From: a virus
Lineage: Duplodnaviria; Heunggongvirae; Uroviricota; Caudoviricetes
IMG/VR virus record: IMGVR_UViG_3300037466_002980
Coordinates: 32,001-96,000 of that record
Reading direction: 5' to 3' (one strand)
Length of the DNA: 64,000 bases
The position numbers and the translations under genes were made by a program. This document shows positions 27,297 to 36,269 of the stretch, in pieces; position 1 is the first letter of the stretch; every line of letters starts with the position of its first letter. The notes under the pieces were generated by a model. The model had not been told where the DNA came from and did no database searches. It saw only the letters and a list, made by a program, of their open reading frames with translations.

Positions 27297-28530
27297 TATT
27301 TGCTCTTTTCTTTGCTTTATAGACATATTTCATACTTCCATTCGCATCAACAAAGATTTTGTTGACACCTTCTTTTGATAATCGTGGTAGAACAAATTGT
27401 GTATTTTGCAAATCTTTCTCCATTATTGAACGGAGTCCTCTTGCACCAACTTTCTGTTTCAAACACTTATCTGCCACATTAAGTAGGTATTTATCATCAA
27501 ACTCTAATGCAATACCTTCAAATTTAAATAATTCTTTATATTGACTTACAATGCTATTTTTTGGTTCCTTTAAGATCCTAATCATCATATCAGGTGTTAA
27601 ATCGTCAAATACTACAACCACTGGACAACGTCCCACAAACTCCGGTATCAGTCCATATTTAATAAAATCTTCAGGAGTTGCATCTTTAACAGTCTGTGAG
27701 AAAGGAGATACAACATTTAATTGAGCACCAATTCCAATGCTTGTTTTAGATCTATTTTTCTTAATAATTTCATCAAGTCCAACAAATGCACCACTACATA
27801 TAAACAAAACATTCTTGGTATCGAATTCACATATTTCGTCATACATATCTTCAATCTTAACTGTTGTTCCTTCGATTAATTTAAGAAGTGCCTGTTGCAC
27901 TCCTTCACCCGAAACATCACGCGTGGACGAGGATAATTCTGTCTTTTTACTCTTCTTATCAATTTCATCTAAGAAGATTATTCCTTGTTGAGCTTTTTCA
28001 ACATCATCATTTGCATTTTGAATTAATCTTCTAATGAGATTTGTAACATCCTCGCCAACATATCCTGCTTCTGTTAATGATGTTGCATCTGCCACCACAT
28101 AAGGAATATCAAATAATTTAGCTATGGTTTTGACTGTTAGTGTTTTTCCCGAACCACTAGATCCTACCATTAATAAATTTGATTTTTCAATCTCGGTATC
28201 AGTTTTTCCATTTATTCTTTTATAGTGATTATATACTGCTACCGAAATTGCAATTTTTGCATCATCTTGACCAATTATATATTCATCAAGGTGTTTTTTA
28301 ATTTGTTCTGGGGATGGAATCTTTTCTCGTTTTTTCTTAGTCGTTAATGGCTCTTCTTTATGTAAGATATCATATGTAACATCAACGCATTCATTACAAA
28401 TATAGATGTTCTTACCGTGAAATTCTGGTCCCTCAATCATTTGTTCAACTTCGTGACGTCCTTTGTTACAGAAAGAACAATTGATTACTTTTTTTAGATT
28501 ATCTTCGGTTCCCATATTATTTCCCCACAA
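27289..28530 (-). CDS. clpX: ClpX ATPase
   Basis: CSFC...CNEC zinc-binding domain, IGQDDAK, GSGKT, EAGYVGEDV, RDVSGEGVQQALLK, GARGLR. Confidence 0.97.
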   Translation of the reverse strand: MWGNNMGTEDNLKKVINCSFCNKGRHEVEQMIEGPEFHGKNIYICNECVDVTYDILHKEEPLTTKKKREKIPSPEQIKKHLDEYIIGQDDAKIAISVAVYNHYKRINGKTDTEIEKSNLLMVGSSGSGKTLTVKTIAKLFDIPYVVADATSLTEAGYVGEDVTNLIRRLIQNANDDVEKAQQGIIFLDEIDKKSKKTELSSSTRDVSGEGVQQALLKLIEGTTVKIEDMYDEICEFDTKNVLFICSGAFVGLDEIIKKNRSKTSIGIGAQLNVVSPFSQTVKDATPEDFIKYGLIPEFVGRCPVVVVFDDLTPDMMIRILKEPKNSIVSQYKELFKFEGIALEFDDKYLLNVADKCLKQKVGARGLRSIMEKDLQNTQFVLPRLSKEGVNKIFVDANGSMKYVYKAKKRANNE

Positions 28531-29764
28531 ATTCTTTCAGCCAACTTAGTGGCCTAGGGTATTTATTTGAATTTGTGTTTTGATTTTTATTTTCAGGAGA
28601 AGATTCTTTATTCTTAACTAAAAGATCCCCATCTTTTAATTTTTGCGGAATAAAATGTGGTTCATTGGAATAATCTAAATCTTTACTCCGTATTTCCTGA
28701 GTCTCTGGTTGATTAAATTCCGAATCGATTTTATTTTCTTCTTCCGACTGTCGTGTCTCACCGAACTCGGAATCCTGTCTGGATATTTCACTGGATTTCG
28801 ATACGATTTCAGATTCCTCACTCCGTGGTAAAACGGACCGTTCTTCCTCCAAAGTTTCCGTCTCTTCTTCATCTATTACCTCTTGTGGGCCCGTTTCCGT
28901 ATCTTCATCATATCGTAAGTTTCCTGTCTGGAATACGATTTTCCTATTCTTCTTAGAGCCGACATGCTGCGAATCGGTAGTTTTTTCCGATTCTTTAGTC
29001 TCCTGACTAACTTCTTTTTCATTCGTGAGTCTTAAAAATGTGTGATTTGCTGCGAGTAATAGTATAACTGCCAAAGGTTCAAGTGTTAAGGAAATTATTA
29101 AGGTAAAAATCTTTACCGCAGATTCGATATTCTTATTAGCATCATCTGAAGAATATATTAATTCAGCAATATATCTAATAGGTCCAACCTCCAATTGTAC
29201 CTTTCTTAATTCGGATTCTAACTTAAATTTATCCGAAGAAAGTTCATCGATTCTTTTCTGTGAAGCATCGATATTATCCCTAAGTTCTTTTCTCTGCGAC
29301 GCCTGGGATTTTCTTATTGACACTGATTTATCTGTTCTATCTTTTCCAAGATATGAATTTACTGTAGCATCAAGTTGATTGATAATTTTCTGATTATCAG
29401 CTATTGAAGATTTCTCTCGATCGATTTGTTCATTTAAACTTTCAATCTTTGCTGAATTATCAATTGTTGATGCATTCTGTTCTAGATGTGCTTTTGAAAG
29501 AAATCCAAAAACACCAATACTGGTAATCAATGATAATACTATTGTTAGAAATATCAATGGAAGTTTAAGTTTCCATGTTGAAAACTGCCAATTTCTATAT
29601 AACCAGCTAGTTGTAACTAGTTTTCCACCTTCGAGAACTAATCCCATTATGAGTGCATGAAATGCTGCACCTGCGTAAATGGTCATAATTCCTATAATGG
29701 AAAACCAGCCAGAAACAAAACCTAAAGATAACGCTGACAAGAGCGTCAATAATGCAAATATCAT
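28517..29764 (-). CDS. Multi-TM membrane protein with coiled coil and acidic tail
   Basis: N-terminal TM segments, LEGGKL, GFLSKAH, EVGPIRY. Confidence 0.7.
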   Translation of the reverse strand: MIFALLTLLSALSLGFVSGWFSIIGIMTIYAGAAFHALIMGLVLEGGKLVTTSWLYRNWQFSTWKLKLPLIFLTIVLSLITSIGVFGFLSKAHLEQNASTIDNSAKIESLNEQIDREKSSIADNQKIINQLDATVNSYLGKDRTDKSVSIRKSQASQRKELRDNIDASQKRIDELSSDKFKLESELRKVQLEVGPIRYIAELIYSSDDANKNIESAVKIFTLIISLTLEPLAVILLLAANHTFLRLTNEKEVSQETKESEKTTDSQHVGSKKNRKIVFQTGNLRYDEDTETGPQEVIDEEETETLEEERSVLPRSEESEIVSKSSEISRQDSEFGETRQSEEENKIDSEFNQPETQEIRSKDLDYSNEPHFIPQKLKDGDLLVKNKESSPENKNQNTNSNKYPRPLSWLKEFVGK

Positions 29765-29777
29765 TTATTGTTTATTT

Positions 29778-30080
29778 TTAGATAAGCCCTTTTATTTTAA
29801 GGGACAAGGCATCTACACCTGCAATTTCATATATGTTTACATCTGCCCCAATTAATAAGGCAGTCTTGCCTTCGGGAAGTATCTTACTAAGAGTTTCCCT
29901 TGTGTGTTCCAGATATGCTGTTGAAAGAAATTTTGTTTCTCTAGGAAGCTGAACAATTAGAACAGTATTCGGATCACTTTCCATTTCGTGAAGGAAACCA
30001 ATTGTACCTTCCGTAGGACTTTTGATTTCTTTCATATTAATATCCTTCGAAAAGATCTTCGTTATCTTCCCTGTGTCCAA
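29778..30080 (-). CDS. Hypothetical protein
   Basis: Operon packing. Confidence 0.5.
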   Translation of the reverse strand: MDTGKITKIFSKDINMKEIKSPTEGTIGFLHEMESDPNTVLIVQLPRETKFLSTAYLEHTRETLSKILPEGKTALLIGADVNIYEIAGVDALSLKIKGLI

Positions 30081-30540
30081 CCCTCATAGCCATATTTGAA
30101 TCGGTTTCTCTCACTTCAACTTTACAACACCAAATTCTCTTTGCTTCTTCTGTACCATATTGTGGTAAGAAAATACCATTTATATATTTGTATAAGAAAT
30201 CTGAAATTCCTTCACAACCAGTTTTTTCAACTTCTGTTACCTTGGCTAAACCTAATTCTCCAAGTTTTTTAATATCATCATAATTCGGATCGTCCTGTGC
30301 CAATAGAAGACAATGATCAAACTTATCTTCTAGAAATTCCTTTAATGGTTTCAATCCACCAAAGTCCATTGCCCAATTTCTTGCATCTAATGTATCGCAT
30401 TCAAATTCAAAATGAAATGATAATGCATAACCATGAATCAAATTACAATGACTATCTGCTCTCCATTGTCTATATGCTACTGGAGCAATTTGTCTATAAG
30501 TTTTTGTCGATATATATTTCGCCATTTTATTCCTGTTCAT
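30037..30540 (-). CDS. queD: QueD / 6-pyruvoyl-tetrahydropterin synthase family
   Basis: CNLIHGY, MDFGGLK, FDH, GCE, VEVRET. Confidence 0.9.
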   Translation of the reverse strand: MNRNKMAKYISTKTYRQIAPVAYRQWRADSHCNLIHGYALSFHFEFECDTLDARNWAMDFGGLKPLKEFLEDKFDHCLLLAQDDPNYDDIKKLGELGLAKVTEVEKTGCEGISDFLYKYINGIFLPQYGTEEAKRIWCCKVEVRETDSNMAMRVGHREDNEDLFEGY

Positions 30541-31018
30541 TCTTAGGTGGTAATATTTCAGTTAAAGGTGTTTCTTCAATGTTGAGTTTATAATTGCTTC
30601 CGGAGCCGGGTCGACCAGACCCTTTTCTATCTCCCTTAAATTCGCCCTTCATTTTTGCACCTTTCCTTGTTTTTCCTTTTGCTGTTGCAAGTTGCTGTTC
30701 AAATTCTGGATCATATTTGAAAACATACAATCTGGATTCTTTATTCTGAATTACCCATAATTCAATTTTCTTTTCAGATTCAGAAACAACTCGATAATCT
30801 TTGAATTCGAATTGTCCTTGTGGTACACCAGGATATGGTCTTCCAAATAGGTTTTCACCATCCATTACTAATACAAAAGTAATTGCTATAATAAACGGAA
30901 TTGTTGTAAATTTCAACCAATATCCGAATGGTAATCTTATAATCAAGAAACAACATAAGGCAGCCAATCCGATATTTAAGAACATCAGAACATTAAGAAA
31001 TGGAAGTAATGATAACAT
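30527..31018 (-). CDS. Two-TM membrane protein, third gene of the MotA/ExbB triad
   Basis: Two hydrophobic segments, then GRP...IELWV...RLY. Confidence 0.6.
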   Translation of the reverse strand: MLSLLPFLNVLMFLNIGLAALCCFLIIRLPFGYWLKFTTIPFIIAITFVLVMDGENLFGRPYPGVPQGQFEFKDYRVVSESEKKIELWVIQNKESRLYVFKYDPEFEQQLATAKGKTRKGAKMKGEFKGDRKGSGRPGSGSNYKLNIEETPLTEILPPKNEQE

Positions 31019-31680
31019 TATGGATGTTCTCCACTTACATAGTCTTGATAATGACTTCGAATTTTTTCATCTGCATTTTTATCAATTTCAGTTACCTTAT
31101 CGTCCGAAATAATAAAAGAAAATGCAGTTTCTTCCTGCCCCGGATCAGTTAATATAATATCCTTCTTGGAAAGAATCTCATATGTAGGATTTACCTGTAT
31201 TAATTCAACTGTGACAGGAACCGGAACACCGTCCCAACCTACACTTCCATCTTTTTGTTTTGCCATAAAAAAATGTACGTTAGCGACATATCTGCCGTCC
31301 CGTTTTCCACGAAATACAATTACTTCTCGCCTAGCAGAAATTTCTGCCTGATCTTTACTCTTTCCGGGTACAAAATTATTTGTGATACCCAAATCATCTC
31401 TTTCTAAGTGAACATAAGTATTTTCCCTATGTGGATATCCAATAATATCATCGGGAGTCTTTAACCATAAATCTATATCATGTGGACTATTATCGGGCCA
31501 CGTCAATATAACCAACATTTCGGCCTTAGATTCAATATCTTTCTTCTTGGCTTGTGGGTTAATTAATAAGAAAGCTCCAATGAAGAGTAACACAAATAAC
31601 ATATTGATATTGAAAAGCATATCAATAAAACTAATACTACTGGCATGATACGTATTATTTTTACGTCTTAGAATTTTCAT
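31018..31680 (-). CDS. ExbD/MotB-like TM protein with YfaP/DUF2135-like domain
   Basis: SFIDMLF TM Asp; LTWP...DIDLW..PD...LERDDLG...GRY..NVHFF. Confidence 0.6.
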   Translation of the reverse strand: MKILRRKNNTYHASSISFIDMLFNINMLFVLLFIGAFLLINPQAKKKDIESKAEMLVILTWPDNSPHDIDLWLKTPDDIIGYPHRENTYVHLERDDLGITNNFVPGKSKDQAEISARREVIVFRGKRDGRYVANVHFFMAKQKDGSVGWDGVPVPVTVELIQVNPTYEILSKKDIILTDPGQEETAFSFIISDDKVTEIDKNADEKIRSHYQDYVSGEHP

Positions 31681-32162
31681 TCTTCATTCTCTAATGATAT
31701 TTCGAGACTAACAAGCTGTATCTTCAAAAGCTGACTAGCGATTAATCCAGATAATGTAGCATAAATCGCTGTTCCCATACCGGCTGCCATTGAGAATATT
31801 CCTGTTTTGGTTGCAGCGATATTAGCAAAATCTAATCCAACCAAGGAACCCAACATTAATGAAAATCCTATTAAGGTACCCATCATACCGAGTGCCATTA
31901 ATAATTCGGAACTATACCAACATGCATCGAGATATCTAATATAGGTAGAACGATCTTCATCACTTAGATTTTCTTTATTCAATCTATGTGTGATTACACC
32001 AGTGAAAAAAGTTAATATAAAATATAATCCAATAATAATGAAACTTATCTTGGATACATCAGCTACCCACATAATTGAAAAGATGCCTCTGTGTTGCAGA
32101 ATAATCTGAAAAATCACAGAAACACAAGTTAATAACCACCATCTAAGCATTGCATAATTCAT
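31677..32162 (-). CDS. MotA/TolQ/ExbB proton-channel family protein
   Basis: LGMMGTLIG...GMGTAIYATLSGL TM motifs. Confidence 0.8.
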   Translation of the reverse strand: MNYAMLRWWLLTCVSVIFQIILQHRGIFSIMWVADVSKISFIIIGLYFILTFFTGVITHRLNKENLSDEDRSTYIRYLDACWYSSELLMALGMMGTLIGFSLMLGSLVGLDFANIAATKTGIFSMAAGMGTAIYATLSGLIASQLLKIQLVSLEISLENEE

Positions 32163-32175
32163 TCTGTGTGTTCCT

Positions 32176-32526
32176 TTATTGAAATTCTATTCTAGCCGGT
32201 TTAAATATTGCATTAGGAAATACTCGTGTAGCTCTGTCTATAATTTCTTGTGGGAAATCAATAGAAGCATTATACTCATTGATAAGATCAATGAGTATTT
32301 CTTTTTCCATTTCTAAATAAAAATCTTGAGGATTCCAGCCGCATTCCTCTAGTATATTTATTGTTTCAATATAAAAATGGATATCATCGAAAAAATCTTT
32401 TCTTTGAACAACAGACGAACCTAATTTAAAAACCGGAGGTATTCCATTTTTACCACGACTTATTCTGTCCTTAACTTCTTGAACTGGTAATCTTCTTAGT
32501 TTATCAAATGTTTTCTTTTCAGACAT
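32176..32526 (-). CDS. Hypothetical protein
   Basis: Operon packing. Confidence 0.5.
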   Translation of the reverse strand: MSEKKTFDKLRRLPVQEVKDRISRGKNGIPPVFKLGSSVVQRKDFFDDIHFYIETINILEECGWNPQDFYLEMEKEILIDLINEYNASIDFPQEIIDRATRVFPNAIFKPARIEFQ

Positions 32527-32774
32527 TATTTTAATCCAAAGTGATTATCCCGTTGCTTAATAAATTGAATTTCTTCTTCGGTTGCGAGTGGTAATGAATT
32601 TTCAATTAACACTTCATTCAAGAATTCAAATTTATCAAATCCCGGACCTAATGTATTTTTTAATTTATCAGATATATTTAACCTGGTAGATTGGTTATCC
32701 TCAATAACCATAACAGCCGGAAAAGGTTTATAGGTAGTTGAATCAACCATAATAGCTACATTAAATTTCCTCAT
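32526..32774 (-). CDS. Hypothetical protein
   Basis: Operon packing. Confidence 0.5.
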   Translation of the reverse strand: MRKFNVAIMVDSTTYKPFPAVMVIEDNQSTRLNISDKLKNTLGPGFDKFEFLNEVLIENSLPLATEEEIQFIKQRDNHFGLK

Positions 32775-33265
32775 GCTGTTTTCCTTTTCTTTTTCATTCT
32801 AAGATATATATAATCTTCGTGTTGAATCCATTTAAAGGTATTAGGTTTCCATTTCTTATGTGTAAGAAATCCCCAATCCCTTTCTTGCGGACCGGGCATA
32901 AAAAGTGTCCAACAATCGACCCCTGTTTCCAATTCGATTCTATGATAACTTTCAGCCTTACAGGTTCTAAAATGTCCTGCACCGCGCCAAACTTTTGTTT
33001 CACCTTTAGAAAAATCCATTGGATCGTTTAATCTCCATTCCCAATACCCACCCTTTAGTACCAGTGTTGCATATGGCCATGGATGATCGTGTTCATCGTC
33101 GGGGTCGCTTCTTAAAAATTGATGTAAGAAAATATTAAATGGAAATTTTTGTCTATCCTTAAGAAAAAGGTAATATCTATTTAGATAGGGAGATTGACTC
33201 TCCCTATCTAAAATTACTCTTTTCCTTCCCATCTTTTCCAATAGAGTTAGAAAGAGTCCGAACAT
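32771..33265 (-). CDS. Cupin-like phage protein
   Basis: LHQFLRSD...HDHPW...LKGGYWE...HRIEL...WTLF..GP..RDWGF. Confidence 0.7.
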   Translation of the reverse strand: MFGLFLTLLEKMGRKRVILDRESQSPYLNRYYLFLKDRQKFPFNIFLHQFLRSDPDDEHDHPWPYATLVLKGGYWEWRLNDPMDFSKGETKVWRGAGHFRTCKAESYHRIELETGVDCWTLFMPGPQERDWGFLTHKKWKPNTFKWIQHEDYIYLRMKKKRKTA

Positions 33266-33266
33266 A

Positions 33267-33950
33267 TTATTCCTTTCCTATCGAGACAAGTCTCATAAAT
33301 TCTGTTCTGACATTATTATCTGTTTTGAATACTCCACCTAATTTACTAGTGATAGTGGATGAACCCGTGTCTTCAACTCCACGAGATTTGACACAGAAAT
33401 GCTGAGCATGAATTAGAACTGCAATATTATCGGTTTCAAGAATATATTGAAGAGCGTGATAAATCTGTTCTGTCAAACGTTCTTGAATTTGTGGTCTCTT
33501 ACTAAAATATTCAACTATTCTATTGATTTTACTAAGTCCAAGAACCTTCTTATTTGGAATATAGGCAACAGTAGCTAATCCATCAATTACAACAAAATGA
33601 TGTTCACAATTGGATTGAACACTTACATTTCGTTCAATTACCATTTCATCATAACTCATTTTATTATCAACTGCGGTACATTTTGGAAATGCTTCATAGT
33701 CAAGTCCCCACATTGTCTCGTTTACCAGCATTTTGGCATATCTCTTTGGTGTTTCGATTAGACTATCATCGGATAAATCTAATCCAAGACATTCCATAAT
33801 TTCTTTAAATTTATCTTCGATAACTGAGATCTTTTCCTTTCGATCTCCATTTACCATTTCTGTAGTCGGTGTTTCGACTCCACATTTAAGTAAATGTTGG
33901 TGAATTTTTTGACCTAATTCGGGGTCACATTTTGTTTTATTATATGCCAT
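33267..33950 (-). CDS. folE: GTP cyclohydrolase I
   Basis: ETPKR, CEHHF, GLSKINR, RPQIQERLT, HFCVKSRGV. Confidence 0.97.
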   Translation of the reverse strand: MAYNKTKCDPELGQKIHQHLLKCGVETPTTEMVNGDRKEKISVIEDKFKEIMECLGLDLSDDSLIETPKRYAKMLVNETMWGLDYEAFPKCTAVDNKMSYDEMVIERNVSVQSNCEHHFVVIDGLATVAYIPNKKVLGLSKINRIVEYFSKRPQIQERLTEQIYHALQYILETDNIAVLIHAQHFCVKSRGVEDTGSSTITSKLGGVFKTDNNVRTEFMRLVSIGKE

Positions 33951-34023
33951 AATTTGAATCCTTCCTTAAACGGATATTGTTAATTGAAATTTGTCACCGT
34001 TGTGTGACATTTTTATTTATCCT

Positions 34024-34353
34024 TTAAAATACACCATACCGTGATTTAAGATTCTGAAATTCATATGTATAAGCAGTATCAAATGGTTTATTCATAACCT
34101 TTAACATTGTTGTCATATCACCACGTAATAGCATCAGTTCCGATTTTAAAGAAGTTATCTCAATTGATTGACTATTGATTATCTCGACCATTTGTCGAAT
34201 TATACCAATATCACCATTTAAGGAACCTTTTAACTTCCCTACAATTTCTTCTTTTTCAATAAGATCTTTAAGAAATTCATTATCTACCAGATGTAATAGT
34301 TTATCTAATAGCTCTAAGGTTTCTTTATCTTTTTCGGTTATATACATTAACAT
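34024..34353 (-). CDS. Hypothetical coiled-coil protein
   Basis: Abuts thyA. Confidence 0.5.
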   Translation of the reverse strand: MLMYITEKDKETLELLDKLLHLVDNEFLKDLIEKEEIVGKLKGSLNGDIGIIRQMVEIINSQSIEITSLKSELMLLRGDMTTMLKVMNKPFDTAYTYEFQNLKSRYGVF

Positions 34354-35237
34354 TAAATTGCCATCCCTGGTTTGTTTGTAACATCGGGATACGGATCGTA
34401 TCCAATTAATTCAATATCTTCCCATTGTAATTCTAAAATGCTTTCAAATGTGGGAAGATCCTTCTTAATAACAACATTAGGTAATTTTCTCGGAGTTCTT
34501 GTTAGAATTTCATCTACCATTTTCATTTGATTTTGATAGATGTGAGCGTCCCATCCCATATAAACTAGATCACCGGGAATCAATCCTAAATGTTTTGAAA
34601 AGATGTGATTTAGTAATGCATATGATGCGATATTAAATGGTAATCCAAAAGGAACATCATTACTTCTCATTACAAAGCAATTATTTAATCTACCACCTTC
34701 AACAGTGAAGTCTCCTTCAACAGAATAAAGATGCATCATATGGCAAGGAGGTAATGCTGCTTCGTTAAGCTGACCGGGATTCCAATGAGTAATAACATGC
34801 CTTCGACCATAAGGATCATTTTTCAGACCATCGACTAAATTCTTCAGTTGATCTGTTTCTTTAACGATTATGGAACCCTTATCCAGTTTGGGAGTTTCCC
34901 AATGTCGAATCTGATAACCATATCCCTTTCCCATATCGCCTTCGGGAAGATGAATTAATCCTCGGTTATTTAAAAATTCTCTTGTTGTATTACCTTTCCA
35001 GATATTAATTTTTTTGTCTTCTAATATCTTGGTATTTGTCAATCCACGAAGAAAAAACATTGTTTCTTCGAACGCTATTCTTAATGGAACTTTTCTGGTT
35101 GTTTGTAATGGAAATCCTTCTGATAGATTCCACCTTAATAATCTTCCAAAAACAGACCTAGATCCAACCCCGGTTCTGTCCGGTTTATCAACACCATTTT
35201 CTTTGATGTCACGAAGCAAAGTTAATAAATTCTCCAT
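34353..35237 (-). CDS. thyA: Thymidylate synthase
   Basis: DRTGVG, LPPCH, RSND...GLPFN, DAHIY. Confidence 0.97.
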   Translation of the reverse strand: MENLLTLLRDIKENGVDKPDRTGVGSRSVFGRLLRWNLSEGFPLQTTRKVPLRIAFEETMFFLRGLTNTKILEDKKINIWKGNTTREFLNNRGLIHLPEGDMGKGYGYQIRHWETPKLDKGSIIVKETDQLKNLVDGLKNDPYGRRHVITHWNPGQLNEAALPPCHMMHLYSVEGDFTVEGGRLNNCFVMRSNDVPFGLPFNIASYALLNHIFSKHLGLIPGDLVYMGWDAHIYQNQMKMVDEILTRTPRKLPNVVIKKDLPTFESILELQWEDIELIGYDPYPDVTNKPGMAI

Positions 35238-35342
35238 TGATACCTCTTTGTTGATTATATTGAATAGTTATGTTTTCGTCAATGAACTTCATAACAATTC
35301 CGATACGAATGGTGATAAATAACAAAAATCGAAAGGATTAAG

Positions 35343-36269
35343 ATGCCGAACTTATTAGACGAATATATCAATTTATTTGAAGAAAACGAGATTCCCGGAA
35401 TCGGTGATACTATTCGTACGAAGAAAATGCAAATGGATGGTGTTGTTGAAAAAATAAGAAAAAATCCAGTTGGCTATACTGAAGTATTATTCAGAACACC
35501 AGATGGAAGATTAATGAAAACTCCGGCTTCAAATATTATTCAAATCCAGAAATTAGAAGACGGATCGATGGGCGGAATTAATAGAAGTCATCCAGCACAA
35601 GATGTAAGTTATGAAAAAGTTCTAGATGAATATGAAGAATATCTTCGAGAAGAAGATGGAGAATATACCTTCCAGACCGCGAAAGGTAGCATTTATGTAG
35701 TTCATGCAAATCATACCACTACCAGGACAAAAGCGAAAAGACCCGAACATGGAGAAGATCATGGATTAATGCCAACATCGGATCTTACCTTTTATGTTAC
35801 ATATAATAATGTTTTAAGGCTAAGTGAAATTCAAACACGTAGTCCGTATGAAAGAAGAATTTTAGTAGCAGGTAATCAGGCTGCGGTACAATATCTTACG
35901 GGACCAAATACCGGAAAATGTGAAAGAAGAACATTAGCTGATATTCAATTCGAACCTGCTGTAGATCTTTATCCTGTAGAATTATGGAACGATGGAGAAG
36001 TTCTCCATTTTGGAAATAAAATTGTTAATATAGATAAAGATATAAATGAAGGATTTCTTTCTAATCTATTCGGCATTACAGAAAAAGATATAACACCGGG
36101 TTCAATTTTTTATTTAAGAAAACTAAGTAAAAAATATTATATCACCGAAATAACTGATCGTTGGGTTTTCTATAAAGATGGACTTCATGATACAACCACT
36201 GGTCGCGGAAAGAGTATGGCTGCCATGCTTCGTATTTTAAACTCTTCTGATGCTGAAAAATTAAATTAA
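35343..36269 (+). CDS. Mosaic late hypothetical protein
   Basis: GATAAATA at 35314; domains separated by L/I-x-E linkers. Confidence 0.6.
   Translation: MPNLLDEYINLFEENEIPGIGDTIRTKKMQMDGVVEKIRKNPVGYTEVLFRTPDGRLMKTPASNIIQIQKLEDGSMGGINRSHPAQDVSYEKVLDEYEEYLREEDGEYTFQTAKGSIYVVHANHTTTRTKAKRPEHGEDHGLMPTSDLTFYVTYNNVLRLSEIQTRSPYERRILVAGNQAAVQYLTGPNTGKCERRTLADIQFEPAVDLYPVELWNDGEVLHFGNKIVNIDKDINEGFLSNLFGITEKDITPGSIFYLRKLSKKYYITEITDRWVFYKDGLHDTTTGRGKSMAAMLRILNSSDAEKLN

Noticed and set aside
30527-32162. Calling the MotA/ExbB triad a Zorya system
   Set aside because: No long ZorA tail, no OmpA-like domain in the partner, and no ZorC/D/E genes nearby
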